Shown here piece by piece: positions 22,792 to 36,897 of a stretch of DNA of 64,000 nt. Source of the DNA: Oikopleura dioica (Eukaryota; Animalia; Chordata); the NCBI GenBank assembly GCA_907165135.1, contig OU015568.1, forward strand, positions 7,378,001 through 7,442,000. Direction: 5' to 3'. The position numbers and the translations under genes were made by a program. Each line of letters opens with the position of its first letter. The stretch's first letter is position 1. The notes under the pieces are model-generated. The model was not told where the DNA came from, did no database searches, and saw nothing but the letters and a program-made list of their open reading frames with translations.

Positions 22792-25700
22792 ATGAGGCTC
22801 TCGGCGGCTCTGCTCGGTTCGGTCCTCGTCGAGGCTGTCGACCGAAACAACTTCAAGAAATGCGCCGATTCCAGCTTCTGCCAGCGTAGACGCGTGTTCA
22901 ACAGCGATGGTGTCTCTCCCTACGCCGTCACAAAGTCCGAACTGATCGAAAACGACAGTATCCTTCAACTCACGCTTGAAGTCGATGGGAGGCCGTGTCT
23001 AAAGGCTCTCCACTCAATCTTGCCAGTTGGCGCTAGAATAAATATTGAAGAATGCGAACCTCTTCATGTGCGTTTATCATTTCAGAGTAGACCATTCAAA
23101 TAACCCTATTCTAGCCACGATACGACCCAGAAGCTAGGTCTAGGATTTGGGGTGACCGGAGGTGATCTGAAATGAGTCGCCGAAAATGAATCACCGAAAG
23201 ATGTGATAGAGCTCCGCGGATCACCTAAACTTGAGGTGATCCTTTTGAGGTGATCCGAGAAACCCGATCACATCTTTTGGTGATTCATTTCTGGCGACTC
23301 ATTTCAGATCACCTCCTGTCACCCCAGATCCTAGACCTAGCCCAGAAGAACTGCTCATCGACGGCCACGCGCCGCAGAAACTCAAACTCGATGAATCAAA
23401 CGGCTTTATTTCCATTCAAGCCGGCGATATGCGACTCAAAACCTCCCTAGAAAGTTATATCACAGAATTTTCTCACAAAGACGAAGTCATTTCCGTTGCC
23501 AACTCCAGAAACCTTCTTTTCGTCGAAGAATTGCGAGAGAAAAACGACGATGAGCCGAGTTGGGAAGAAAAGTTCAAGTCGCACAAAGATTCCCGGCCGA
23601 GGGGTCCTGAATCGGTCTCGATGGACGTCGTCTTTACAAACAGTAGGAATCTTTACGGCCTTCCAGAGCACACAGATTCATTTGTCCTGGCAAACACGGA
23701 AGAAGGCGAGCCTTACCGTCTCTTCAACCTCGATGTTTTCCAGTTCGAGATTGACGAACGAATGGCCCTCTATGGAGGCATTCCTTTCGTCGCCAGTCAT
23801 TCTCCGGAACGTTCTAGCGCTGCTCTTTGGCTCAACGCCGCCGAAACATGGGTCGACATCAAATACGTCGATCCAGAAGCCTCTATTGCTTCCTGGTTCA
23901 CATCCGGAAAAGTTCCTGAAGCGCATACATTCTGGCTTTCTGAAACTGGCAAGATCGATCTCTTCCTCTTCCCCGGCCCGAGCATTCAAGAAGTCAACGA
24001 CCAGTACACAGTTCTGACTGGAAGACCGCAGCTTCCGCCACAATGGGCGACCGCTTATCACCAGTGCAAGTGGAATTACAGAGACGAGCCCGATGTTGCT
24101 GAAGTAAACGAAAACTTTGACGTTCACGACATTCCCGCGGATGTTATTTGGCTAGATATTGAGCATACAGACGGAAAGCGATACTTCACCTGGGACCCTG
24201 TCAAATTCCCAACTCCGGATAAAATGATCGAGAATGTCGCGTCTAAGGGACGAAAAATGGTCACGATTGTCGACCCCCATATAAAAGTGGATAACAATTA
24301 CTACATCTACAGCGGCGCGAAGGAAGCGGACATTTATGTCAAGAAGCCTGGTGGAGCGGAATTCAACGGCTGGTGCTGGCCTGGAAACTCCGCTTACATC
24401 GATTTTACAGATCCGCGAGCTCGTGAATGGTATTTAAATGGACAAAAACATCGAGAATATGTTCTTTCTTTAGGTGGGCAGAGCAGTTTCTCTTCGAAAA
24501 CTACAAGCACAGCTCTCCATCGCTCTACACTTGGAATGACATGAACGAACCATCTGTCTTCAATGGGCCAGAGGTCTCCATGCAACGAGATATCATCCAT
24601 CACAAGTAAAATTATGCCCAAAAAGTTCATTCACATAAAATTGTCTTTCAGCGGCTGGGAACATCGAGCCGTGCATCAAATGTATGGCCTTGGAGTTCAG
24701 CGAGCAACTTACGAAGGTCAACTCAAGCGAGACCCGAATTCCAGACCTTTCGTTCTCTCAAGAGCGTTTTTCGTCGGAACCCAGCAATGGGGTCCGATTT
24801 GGACTGGCGATAATGGCGCAGAATGGAGCCATCTGAAGAGCTCGATTCCGATGCTGCTCGCTCTTGGTATCTTTTAATCATTTTTCCGTTTTTGATTGAT
24901 TTTATAGGTGTCTCTGGCATGCCCTTTGTAGGTGCCGATGTAGGAGGTTTCTTTGGAAATCCAGAGCCGGAACTTCTTTGGCGATGGTATCAGCTCGGCG
25001 CTTTCCAACCGTTCTTCCGAGCGCACGCTCATTTGGACTCGAAGCGTCGTGAACCCTGGGTATTCGAGGAGCCATGGACGGGTAGAATGCGAAATGCGAT
25101 CAGATATCGTTACAGACTTCTTCCTCTTTGGAACGAGCTCTTTTACGAAAGCCACAAAACTGGCGTTCCGCCTATGCGACCGATTTGGTACAATTATCCA
25201 AAGGTGCAGATAATTACTTATAACTAGAGATTCTAGCGCCCTTTTTAGGAAACAGAATCGTACGGAGTTGAAGAAGAATACATGCTCGGCGATACGCTCT
25301 TAGTCGCCCCTGTAATGGAAGAAGGAAAACGAGATGTGGAAGTGTATTTCCCCGGCGGAGATAAATACTTCAGACTTGATTATCACGAGACCCCAGCGTA
25401 CAGTGGAAATGCGGTCGTTTCAGCAGGAGAGGATGAGCAAATTCCAGGTGAGCATAAAAGGTCAGCGTTCCGAATGATATTAACGATGATTTTTAGTTTT
25501 CCTAAAAGCAGGACGAATCTTTGCCTCGAAAGAACGAATCAGAAGATCATCAACGCTCATGGAAAACGACCCGATTACATTGAACATTGCGCTGGATAGC
25601 GAAAGAAAAGCGAGCGGAAAGCTATACTTTGATGATCAAATTACGCACGACTATCAAAAGGGAGAATTTTCCTACAAAGAAGTTAGCTTTGATGGAAAGA

Positions 25701-26015
25701 GCTTGAATTACAGGTATTTTGGGATTCAAAATTCAGCCTGTTCTAACCGGATTTTCTAGCGATTCTGCTCAAACTGGCGTGTTCCAGAGCGAGCATTCTT
25801 TCGTCGAGCAAATTGTCATTTACGGTTTTGGCTCATCTGCTCCTAAGTCAATTCAAATCTCTTCAAATGGTAGGAAGATCTCTTTTTAGTAATCTTTAAT
25901 AAAAAACCCCTTAGGGTCAAACTGGCAACTCGAGAGTCAAGTGAAGGGGACGACCTTATTCATTCGAAAACCTAACGCAAAGTCCACTGGATCATTCACT
26001 CTAACCATCGAGTAA
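22792..26015 (+). CDS. GANAB: Glucosidase II alpha subunit (GH31), multi-exon
   Basis: Signal peptide + [86 protein letters not shown]. Confidence 0.95.
23134..23340. mobile_element. 207-bp MITE with 8-bp TSD inserted in a GANAB coding exon
   Basis: TIR CTAGGTCTAGGAT...ATCCTAGACCTAG with ~75 bp arms; TSD CCCAGAAG at 23126-23133 and 23341-23348. Confidence 0.94.
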
Positions 26016-29000
26016 CTATCGAGCCTAATAGACATGTTACAACTTACTATCTTCTTATTTCTGTTTGAATTTAGACAATTTGTCGAAACAATTTATGTTA
26101 TCTTTATCTCATACCACTTCAAAAAGTTCAAGAGAGCGTACAAGCGAACTAAATTGACCTTGATGCAATTTTAGATTTTCTAATGCTTCGATTTTAGATA
26201 AAAAATAAACCTGTGCAACTTCCTAAAGTGCAATATTCTATATTTTAAATCCTGTTACTGAAAAGACTGCTTACAATTACAATCATACGTTTTTTGATTT
26301 ATATTTGAATAGATATAGAATCATACTTTCCTGCTAAACAAAATAGAACACAATTCCATTCTATAAAAGACCATGTTTCTTAAATTTCCTTGGCAAGGCA
26401 CCGGTAAAAATTCCTGCAGACATTTAGGGCGGAATAAGTGCAGTACCGGAATAAGTGGTATATCAGCAGTTGACTTTGAAAGGGGGCATTTAAAGATTTA
26501 TCGCATCGTACTTTACACCTTCGTTGAGGTCAAGGGATTAGAATGGGAAATCGTTACAGCTATCAAAATTATTACTAACGAAAGCTTAGTATCCGTCGAC
26601 AATCGAACCAGGTGTTGACGCTTCCCGCTGCGATTCTTGAGGAAGAGGCGCCCTCTTTTGGATAGATCTTCGCATAAATTTCGCTCGACATCTAATCAAC
26701 CATTTTATAAAATGATTCTTTTTTTGCTTGTGCATCAATAAGACAGATACGTTCATGGAACACTTCTAAAATGAAATCGATAATGTTTGAACATATTCCA
26801 AGGACTGTAAACTTTACAGTGTAAAGACGAATAAAAATATTTCATTACACAGTGTTTAGGGAGGATCTTGAAATACCCATAAATACGAAGAACGCAGTGT
26901 CAGAAAACGAAGCTCTTCTTGAGCCACCCAGCGCAGGAGATAACAATGGAGCGCGAAATTATTTGCTTCAAGTGTAGCTTGAAATATTAATCCGACGTCG
27001 TTTTTGCATATTATCAATAGCAAATTATTTTAGAGGATCTACATGGTACTCGCTGAGTTTTTCTTCTTCTCAGCGGAGTGCTGCGTACAACCGGTTTTCA
27101 CTTTCATTTTTGTTATTGAAAAGAGAGATCTACTCAGAGAATTTATTGATACACCCACACGTATTTTATATTCCAATTTAAAATTTATAAGCGTCTTTTT
27201 CGGGAAGTTAAAATTATGACCCTTTCCTGACCTGTTAAACTCTACCTGTAAGTGGAAGATTAGCCCTCGATGATGGAATTAACCGCGTTTCAACAGAGCT
27301 AGAAAGAAAAGGTCTGTACGCTTCCGTTTCACGCATTTTCAATAGCGCTCTACGCTGACGCTCTTTTGTAACTTGGGAATGATTGTATCGAGCACATTTT
27401 TTGGCATTGTTCTAGTGCTCTTATGGGGGAGCGTAATTGCCGATGGGAGATTTTTAGACAGGGCGCTCTAATGCTGCCTAAAGGGGAGAGAAAAGTGCAT
27501 ATGCGCTGCAGGCGAGTAGATGACGATTTATGGTCGAGCCGATGGAGCTCTGGATAGATAATCACCCGCAGCGCATCCTTTTTCTTATCAAGCGAGCCCG
27601 GCAGCCGCGCGAGACCTGCTCGATGCATTTCCAGTTGCGCAAAAAAGAGACAGAGAAGAGAAAATTCCTTCGGCACCAGCACAAGAACTGACGTCAATAG
27701 AACTAGAAAAGCGAGTCTAAGACAACTTCTGAAAACAAGATACTTATCGCGTAAATCAACCTCAAAGTTGAGCAGCTAGGGAAGCCCATTTATCACGGAA
27801 AAGTTAGCACCTTTCTCCTTTATTTCAACAATCTTGAGAGTACTTTTCCACAGTTCTTCAATCATAAGCCCTTGATGATCAGAAATCAGCGGTAACCTAC
27901 TACTGACAAGGGCAATCAGTGTTGCCTTGACAGTAATGAATCAAAATTGGCCTCGGTAATTGCGTTAAATTCAGAGTGACAGTCATGAAAGACAGTAGGT
28001 ATCATTTGTCCATTATGCTCGACTCTGTCAGCATAAATAGTTTGTCACATTACAGTTCGCACTTTTACTCTCCCAAGATCTTGTTGACTCTTTTTTGAAT
28101 GTACTCAATATTTAAAAATTTACGTAAATCGGCATTTTTAAAGGACTGCTCAAACATTAGCGCGAAAACAAGCAGCAGATTTATTCAGATCATCAAATCT
28201 GATAAACAATGGGGAGATTTATTAATACGCATGAAATATGCAACATATACAGTGGAAAATAAGGTACCAGACCGGCCATTAGCGTAAGGGTCTTCTATCA
28301 CTTATTCATCTTTTGCGATAGTTTTCTCGAGCGTGAACTGGGACCAGAAAAGGGGATCAATATCAAAGTTCATTCCCGGCATGCAAACTTACTGGCGAAA
28401 AAACATTAAAATGCGTAAAAAAGCCCTTGGGAACATTTTAGTGGGAAGGCTGAATCTGTCTATTACCGCCACATCATGTGGCCCACATGATTCCGTCTTT
28501 GTCTGTATTCATACCAAGCTAGCGCAGAGTGATCCTAGTTGCTCTCAACTGTCAATTAGGAATTCATTTTTAATATTCTTTTCTCAATTCGTAGACATTG
28601 ATAAGCCGCCTTAGAATTAGAAATCCAGCTGTCAATTGAGTTAAATTTCTTAAAAGGCTTCTTTTGGTCTTTTTCTATTTATACACTTTCTTCTCGGCAT
28701 AAAAGATGCCTTGATAAATCTAATGCTCTCATTCAAAATAAGCCCATAACAATGAATCAAGACTTTTTATGGCTCCTTTTTCAAAATATTCATGGAGCAA
28801 TTCGGAACATGTGAGAAAACGCTTCCGAAGATAAATTTCACATCCGGTGGCTTCGCATTCGACAGTCGTTTCCACAGTTCGCCAGTTTCCAGTGGGCTTT
28901 AGTGCGGGCTTCAAAGCTCTATTTAGATTTCCGTGGAAACGTAAATGACACATTTAGAATAAAATGGCTTGTAAAGCAGCCCCATCGCAGCGAAATCCTC

Positions 29001-30615
29001 CGAAATTGGCCCGATTTCCAAGTGAGAGATGACCTTTCCGCGCTGCCTATCCTTCGAAATTACTTTTTTATAGAGACATCACTTTCAAAAAGACTCGAAA
29101 AGAGAGCCCAGTAGTGTAAGTTAAATATTCGCGGATCAAAATTTTCCCTCGGACAGCTTTTCATCAAATTTTAATCAGATCGAGTCTTGAACTTGAGATT
29201 ACATTACATTTTACATTGAGAATTTCTCCACTCTCCATTTCTCCTCATCTGATGATGGAAATAATTGTCATCAGCAATAATATTTGCTTTTGAATTAGTG
29301 ATGAATAGAGAATCCCACTATTCAAATAGAACATAACCATGTGATTCGATTATTCTTCAATGACCCAGAAACTCTTTTAACTAAAAGTAGACGGTATTAC
29401 GTTTAAAAGGGCGTGAGAAACTGACAGAGCATCATGGACACTACCATTTATTTACATGTCCAAAGCAAATTTGAGTTGATCTGTCTTTGGATCACTAACG
29501 CGTCAATAATTGTCAATTGACACTGATCCGCCCAGAATCATTGACAAATAATTGCTTTTGTTTTTGTTTTCTCCAAAAAGAAAAAAAAGGTCTTCCTTGA
29601 TTTCTTCTTTCAGCCTCTATGTTTTCATGTTCAATAGACTGATCCCTACTTATGTTGTCAATCCGGGGGTTGACTCGGGGTCTGCGGACAAGAAGCGGGG
29701 CTTTATTCAGCAATAGCTCAAGGCTCAAGCCTACTCTCAGGCCCACTTTGCACTTGGATGCCTACTTCTAAGAGGAGCTTTTCCCTTCAGCCCTGATCGA
29801 TAAATGCTTCTTGTAATAAGACCAAAAACAGCTTTAGACATTAGTTTCGGCGATTAGTAGCAAAGTCAGAAAATGCTACCCCCGATTTCTTCCTAAAAAT
29901 ATACAGTATTTTTCAACAAGCTATTAAATAGGCGCTATTAAATTTCAATCGATGAAAAAGGATAAGCGAGTGTATGAAAGACGCCATCGAAATTTTATAA
30001 CCGATAGCGGTTAAGTGCTCTCATTCTGCTCGGTGCTTACTAGCTGTTGAAGAATTCTGTTGAGTTAATTCCTCTTCAAATAGCCCGTAAATTATTAAGT
30101 CGCATTAATCCACAGATGCAGAAATTGACAAGCAAACGGCTTTAATTCTGTTTAATTTAAATTTCCACGGTGGAAATTCCACCAGAAAAAAGAGCCACTC
30201 GTAAGGTCGAACGTCAAGCCCACGAGTTTTTTATGCGCATTTAAAATTGCAAATATCACGAAAAAAACAAAAAAAGAAAAAACGCGCACTTGAAAAATGC
30301 TCCCATAAACTTGTCATCGTTAGTTTATCCGACGAGTGCTCGTAAAACAACGCTCTGTATTTTCTAAAAAGCAGAAAGCAATTGAAACCTCGTGAATTAT
30401 TTTTTCTTGAAGGAAATTTATGAGCTCTCAACTTAGAATTTTTCACGGCTCGTTAGTGCCGTAACCCGGTAACCCCTGCTTCGATGATTATTTTCGTCCA
30501 TGGAATTGAGTAATACTTGATTTTTCCTACAAAATATTGGATTCGTTAGATTCCAAAGAGCTTTGTGGAATGGTTTTCCAGCATCTGTCAAGCCTGGAAA
30601 ACATTCAATTTCGAA

Positions 30616-31434
30616 TGGGTGGAAAAAATATAAATTTAACGAAATTACAAAATCTTTTCTCTCTAAATATTTTCAAATTTTGACTGGCCGTGTGAATAAA
30701 ACAGGTCAAGTTTTATACTCTCCGAGAAAAAAAATCTGAAATTGAAAAGTCCTAAAGCTGTCAAAGGGCAATTGAAGTACATTTCTACTGACGGCTCTAG
30801 CGTAAAAAGTATTCATTGGACCGGCTTATTTTTTGACGGAATATATTCTTGAGCATCTGAAGTAAGACGCCAGATATTTTTTATTTCGTTTTGATTACGC
30901 GATCCTTCTCTTATCAGCGATCAAAGTCAGACGAAAATCGTGATGAGACGGGGAGCGCGGCAATGACAATGCGGCAGGATGACGCTGTGGCGCACCCTAG
31001 CCAAGCACGAGTGAAATCTCATTCGAGGGATTTCGATTGGAGCAACAGGGTAGGGTGGGCAACAGCGCCACCACGACGCTTAGTCACCGCCGCGCTCATC
31101 GCCACAGCGAAATTTTCACCTAACTTTGATTGCTGATAAACCGGTGATAAACTAATCAGAATGGTCAAGAAAATAGCTGGCGCCCTAGTTGAGACTCTCG
31201 AGAAAATATTTCCGCCAAAAAATTGGAGTCCCTAATGGGTACTTTTTGCACAATCGCTGTCAGCAGAAATTTACTTCAATGTCCTCTAGACGGCAAAAAA
31301 ACTTTTCCATTTCGATTTTTTTTCTCGGAAAATATAGAACTTGACCTATTCTATCACGACATCTTATCAGATTTTTAAAAAATTAATGAAGAAACGACTT
31401 TGTAATTTCGTGAAATTTATATTTTTTCCACCCA
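30616..31434. mobile_element. ~820-bp imperfect foldback (palindromic) element
   Basis: TGGGTGGAAAAAATATAAATTT...AAATTTATATTTTTTCCACCCA ends; arms pair in blocks to the centre (~31020). No clear TSD. Confidence 0.75.
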
Positions 31435-32231
31435 ATGGAAATCTTCAATCTAGTAGTTTGGCGCTTGAGTGGTGCTCTGAAGCAAATGAACCATAAAAGG
31501 ATGGAGTCGATTAAAATCGAATCATTACGAAGTCGTAAAAAACACCGTGATTATTTTTTCCCTTGCGACCATAGAAGATTATTAAATTTCATAAGAAGGA
31601 AAAATAGAGAGGGAAAGAGAGAGAAAATCTCGGTTTAGCAAGAAAGGTGGGTGTGGACATCGTAAATCGTAAATTAATAATCCGATCTTGTGTTTTTATG
31701 TTACTTTATTTTTCACAAAGAATCTGAAAAGAGAAAAATTTGTAGCCTGAACCCGCTTGCATCGGATGCAGAATTTATTTGCGGCATTATAAATATTTAT
31801 TTCGAGTGTAGCTCAGTTTTCACACTGTCACATTTGTGACATTGACCTTTTTCAAAAAGGGTCATCCTTTCGTTTGCCTAAGACTGTCTCATCGCCAGTT
31901 ACAGTCATTGAATTACGTATTTGCGCGAAGAATCATACGCTGGAAAAAAGTTGAAACGGCGAATTTCCATGGACCATGGAATGACGAACTGAATTTTCAA
32001 ATTTGAAACTCAAAATCAGACGGAAAAGAGACGCCAAAAGAAAAAGAGAGAGAGAAAAAAAGGCACACAAGAAATTCTTCTTTTACAGCTGCTAATTCCA
32101 GGTGGTTAGAAATGTTTTAAATGGTTCTTGAGGGTGGAAATTTTGTAGTTATTTATAGCTGCACAGATAATGTTGAATTTCGCAGCTATTTTTACCTTTG
32201 ATAATCCAGAAAAATGCTGTCCTGGAGTCGA

Positions 32232-32389
32232 CAACCTGAGTGAAAAGCCTGAGTCAGGTTCTGAAAGAGCTAATATGAAATATTTTTTTAATGGAGCCCC
32301 AAAGTTAACCTATTGATATTAAAATTCTGGCTTCGTGGCTTTTCATTTTAGCTCTTTCATGGCCTGACTCAGGTTTTTTACTCAGGTTG
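32232..32389. mobile_element. MITE, CCTGAGTCAGG family (copy A)
   Basis: caacctgagtgaaaagcctgagtcagg...cctgactcaggttttttactcaggttg inverted ends. Confidence 0.7.
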
Positions 32390-32777
32390 CCTACCCAAGA
32401 TGCCATCGGTTTTCCTTCTCGAAGGAAAAAAATATGAAAATTGTAGGCTTTCCTTGAGGTAGTATTTCCTTGAGGAATCGCTCAGATTTATTTCAAAGGT
32501 TTCATCCAAAAGGAAAAGAATATTACGCTGATTTATGCTCACTTGTCCACAGGATAATAACTCAACTTAACACGCTTGATGAAACGCAACTTTGTACAGT
32601 GAAGATACCTCAGTAAGCGTTTCTAGTGCTCTACCTGTTCGTAGGTATTGCCCTATAAACCCAGCTACACCCATATTGACTTTTTCGCGGTAGTTGACAA
32701 TTATTCAGAACAGATGTTTTCTAATTCGCCATTTTCAGGCAACTAATTTATTGATTGATTCTAGCAGAGCACTGCAT

Positions 32778-32843
32778 TTCTAGCGCCAGGCCCATCCGAA
32801 CTACTGTGCTGCTGCCTGGTTTCGGATAGGTCTGGCACTAGAA
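32778..32843. repeat. Core hairpin of a degenerate palindromic element
   Basis: ttctagcgccaggcccatccgaa...ttcggataggtctggcactagaa; weaker pairing extends outward. Confidence 0.6.
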
Positions 32844-33541
32844 TTTTGAAGTACCCAATTTCGGTCGATCAATAAGTCTGTTGTTTCTTGTTTTTTCCCG
32901 TCAAAAAATCTATTTAGTAAGTTACCATAAGCTCAATTGAAAAGCGGCTTCGCCAGAAATAAAAACAGATTGAACAGGAATTATGGCGAAGCCGCTTCGC
33001 GGCTTCGTTTTAAAAAAAAGCCGCTACGCGGCTTTTCAACCGAGCCCTTTTACGCGTTTTTAGAGCATTACTGTATCGATTATTCTTCGATTGAGTGATC
33101 AAAAATATAGAAGCTTGTTTTCGTAAACAAAATTCGTCAGCTGGAAAGCCGGAAAAAATGAAGGAAAGCGCTCAAATTCGGGAAATCTGAAAATTGTGGT
33201 GTTTCATTGCCTCTCGGATTGGCCGGATTTAGCTCGTTCGAATTGGGGCGCCCGCGAGGTGATGACGAAACCTCTTTTTTGCGCAAAACAGCCACACTCG
33301 ATCAGCCATACTCAGAGTAAACGATACTATTCCCTTCTCAGAATTGTAATTTCCCATTTTCCATATTTGTCTGTCGAGAAAATAGCCAAAACTGAAGAAA
33401 AAAACAAGGATTTTGTTGAAAATTGGAGACCAAAGAATTAAAAAAAAGAGAGAGTTGAACAATAGACCGGAAAAATGAAGATTTCTTTTTGTAAGTTTTT
33501 TATTAAAAATGCTTGTATATGGATAAGGACTGGGCTTGGCT

Positions 33542-33671
33542 ACCTGTGTTGAAAACCTGAGTCAGGGTCCTGAAAAAGCTATAATGGAAAGCCGCGAAGC
33601 GGCTTCGCCAAAATTACGCGCCTTTTCATTAGATCTTTTTCAGGACCCTGACTCAGGTTTTCTACACAGGT
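33542..33671. mobile_element. MITE, CCTGAGTCAGG family (copy C)
   Basis: ~37-bp TIR acctgtgttgaaaacctgagtcagggtcctgaaaaag; internal gccgcgaagcggc hairpin. Confidence 0.8.
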
Positions 33672-35162
33672 CGCTGAGCTCAGGGTAAGGGGTTACGTGA
33701 GTCCGGTAAATTGCCGGAAGAGTTAGCTTCTTTTGAAAAGAGGTCGTTAGGGTTAAACTTTTCGTATGTTTATCGTTAGAAATCGCTGATGGAGGAGAAA
33801 AGGATCTGGTTGTTTTCAGAGTCTTTTGGGCGGAAATTTGAAGATTCATTAGATTTTCGTAAATTTCAAAGACGGGAATGTCTGTTTTTGTTTTGACGAT
33901 TTTACGAGGAAAATCGGGAAATGTAGAGGAGAGGAAATTAGATATTCTGCACATGGTACATTTTGATTTTGATATGAAGCGTATTTTTGGCCCAGTTGCT
34001 TTTTGTAAATCAATAATGGATAGACCACCGAGCTAACCTTGCATCTGTTGGTCGACGGGTGACCTCTGAACTGGGAGGGATTATTAATTCTGCCTAATAT
34101 GGCATCCAATAATGTCCACTCATTCTTCTTCCTCTCTTCAGACAAAGTCAACGACAAGGACAAAGCTCTCATTCAAGTCTTTTTTAAATTCTAGCGAAGC
34201 CGCGTAGCGGCTTTTCATTTTTGATCTTTTAGAACCTGACTTAGGTTTTCTTAACAGGTTTTCGAACCCTTTTCGATAGATTCTTTCGGCTAGTAGAATT
34301 GCTCTATCAAAAGGCAATAGTCTATTGCAAATAGACCAAATTGAGAATTTAATCCTTCTAGCGACTTGAAAAAATGAGGCCCATTCTAATCAGGTAGTCA
34401 ATCGAGAATAAGCGCGGACAGGTTTTACGGTCATCGGCGTAAACGCGAGTCCTAATAAAAAAAGTGCCGCCTTCGCTCAAGCTCCGAAAAAAATAGGCGA
34501 GTTATTATGGCCAATACGAGGCCAATTACGTCGCACTGAAGCTTTTGCTTCAAATACCAACCTTCAGAGATGAATGTTCCAAAGAAAGAGAGACTGATGG
34601 TAAAGAAGAGTTTGTAGCGGTTAAATTAAGTTTTGTTTTTATTTTTATTGGCTGTCTGAACAAACAGATCCGCCGGAATTAATTGGGATTGTTAGTGACT
34701 CGGGTTGATGCTGATTCTGATCAATTACTGGGGATGAGTTATCGACAACGCGCTTTTGTTTTCTACGGCAAATATTCAGACAATCTTATTGACAAAATTT
34801 TGGCCTGTTTGGTATTTTGAATCTTCCAACTCGAAGTTTTCAAGTTGGAAGGCAAAAGATAAAGTCAAAGCTGAAGAAATTGATCAATTAAAAATTATTC
34901 CAAAAGCGAGTTTCTTTTTATTGATGAATTTCCCCTACTGCGGTCTTCAAATTAAACCTTCCAATCTACTTTGAGGTGAAGTCTAGTTATCAGACTTTTA
35001 TAAAGAGAAAATATTATTATTATTATTGTCTTGTCTTCATTTTTCAGCAGAAAGCGAAAATAGGGCGTGCTCAACAAGAGTCTTAGCATTGTAAAATTCC
35101 TCTTTGAATGTCAATTTACGACTCTTGAAGCAGCCTAAAATATTAACAAGCGGAGTCATAAG

Positions 35163-36195
35163 TAGGGTTTTTCACGGGAGCGCGCGGGGCTCGGAACGCC
35201 TTCTGACCGCGATTGCCGTTATCGCTTTTTCTTATAGGTTTTATATGAAAATTCAGGACAATACTAAATCGAGGATGAGGATTAATAATATGCTATCAAA
35301 TTTTAAGTTTTCTCTGAAAAAAGGCGAAAAAATGGAAATTTTAGTGAAAAATCTTCACTTTAACACTGAACACACTCAGACACAGTCTCGATTTTTGAAT
35401 ATGATCAATCTCAAGCATAAAGAATTCACCTCTTAAATTTTTGGATAGCCGAAAATAGCCGGTCACCAAGAAATCCGCATTTAACTAGAACTTTTTGGCA
35501 TTGCACGCGCGCTGGAGTCGCGCACGGGGTCAGCGCCTGGCCTGAAAACGCGTATATTTACTCACTCCCCCGGAGAGCAGTCCGAACCTTTCTGTAGAAG
35601 GTGGCGAAATAAAGTGGTTCGATGCAATAATTGGGGGATTTCCGATTTAGACATGATAATTTCAGTGTAAATAATGCGGTTTACCCTCGAAAATGCCGAA
35701 AAAAGCTAATTGTCAATTAGTTTCTGAACATGGGTTTGCAGAAATGTCAAAGATTCACAAAAAAAAAACATAAAGAAAGAACATATTCCTTCGGCAGAAG
35801 GAATCCGAACTTTTCCAGAGATTTTACAAAGAAGTCAAAGCAGACTATTCTTATTTTTTTTTTCTAGAGAAATCAGAGCCGAATTACCTTGTATCTCATG
35901 AAATAGTTAATGGATATAATGTTAGATACTGCTGTATAATAATAACTGTTATTTAACAAAAATAACCATTAGTTTCGGGTTCACCATGTTCAAAAACCTA
36001 TAGAAAACTATTTTGGGAAATGTTCACTGAAAAATCTCCCTTGCACCAAGTGCGCCAAGACAGCGCGCGCTGCACCACCAAAACGTCGACCGGCGGCTCT
36101 GATTTTTGTATTTTTGGAATCAGCGGGTCAAATTAAGCAAACGATGAAATTTTCAGAAAAAAGTGATAACTACCATTTTCCCGTGAGAAACCCTA
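35163..36195. mobile_element. ~1-kb non-autonomous TIR element
   Basis: TAGGGTTTTTCACGGGA...TCCCGTGAGAAACCCTA; no transposase ORF; TSD not evident. Confidence 0.55.
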
Positions 36196-36897
36196 TGTAC
36201 TTATGACTACTCACTTTAATTCGGTCAGTTTTGATGGCCTCATTCATGACCTAGTTATGTTTCTTTTGTCAGAAGCCTTCTGACAGAAGGTCTCTGACTC
36301 AACAGTAATTGCGAAGAAAAAATACAGTCGCGTGACCTTCAGAATGCCACAGTATGCGTTCCAAAAGCACGCGCATTAACCTGATGCCACCCTTTGAAGA
36401 AAATCCATTGAAAGAAAATGTTTCTTTTTTCGCCAAGAAGCAAAAGAGGGGATGCAACGCTCTTTGCTGCTCATTTAGAGATTAAGGTGCTTGTTACAGT
36501 TGCAAATTTGATGAGCCAATAGGTCTCTCTTTCCTCTCGTGCTGTCGGGCAGACACTTGAGATAATACTGATATTTGCCACAATTATTAAAGAACTGTGA
36601 AAACAGGCACTTTTTGTACAAGTTTAGTAGAATTAGGGTTAGATACAAGATCATTTTTAAATTAAAATCGGAAGAAAGCTGCGGTTTTTCTCCAGACACT
36701 GCTTCAAACTGTCTCGATCAAATATTCAGTTAACTTTTCCCACAAGCTATGTTTTTCTATCTACTCATCTTCTGCTCTCTCTTACTTTGGAAAAGTATTG
36801 ATTTTTCCCTTCTTCAAAACTTTCACTTTCAGAATCAAAATTGTCGAACTTGATAGTAATTCGAAATCGGTAATAAATCGCAATCAAAAGCGAGCAA

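Noticed and set aside
26373-36699. Numerous 60-115-aa ORFs in the intergenic stretch
   Set aside because: Low-complexity, often non-ATG starts, no motifs or consistent exon structure.
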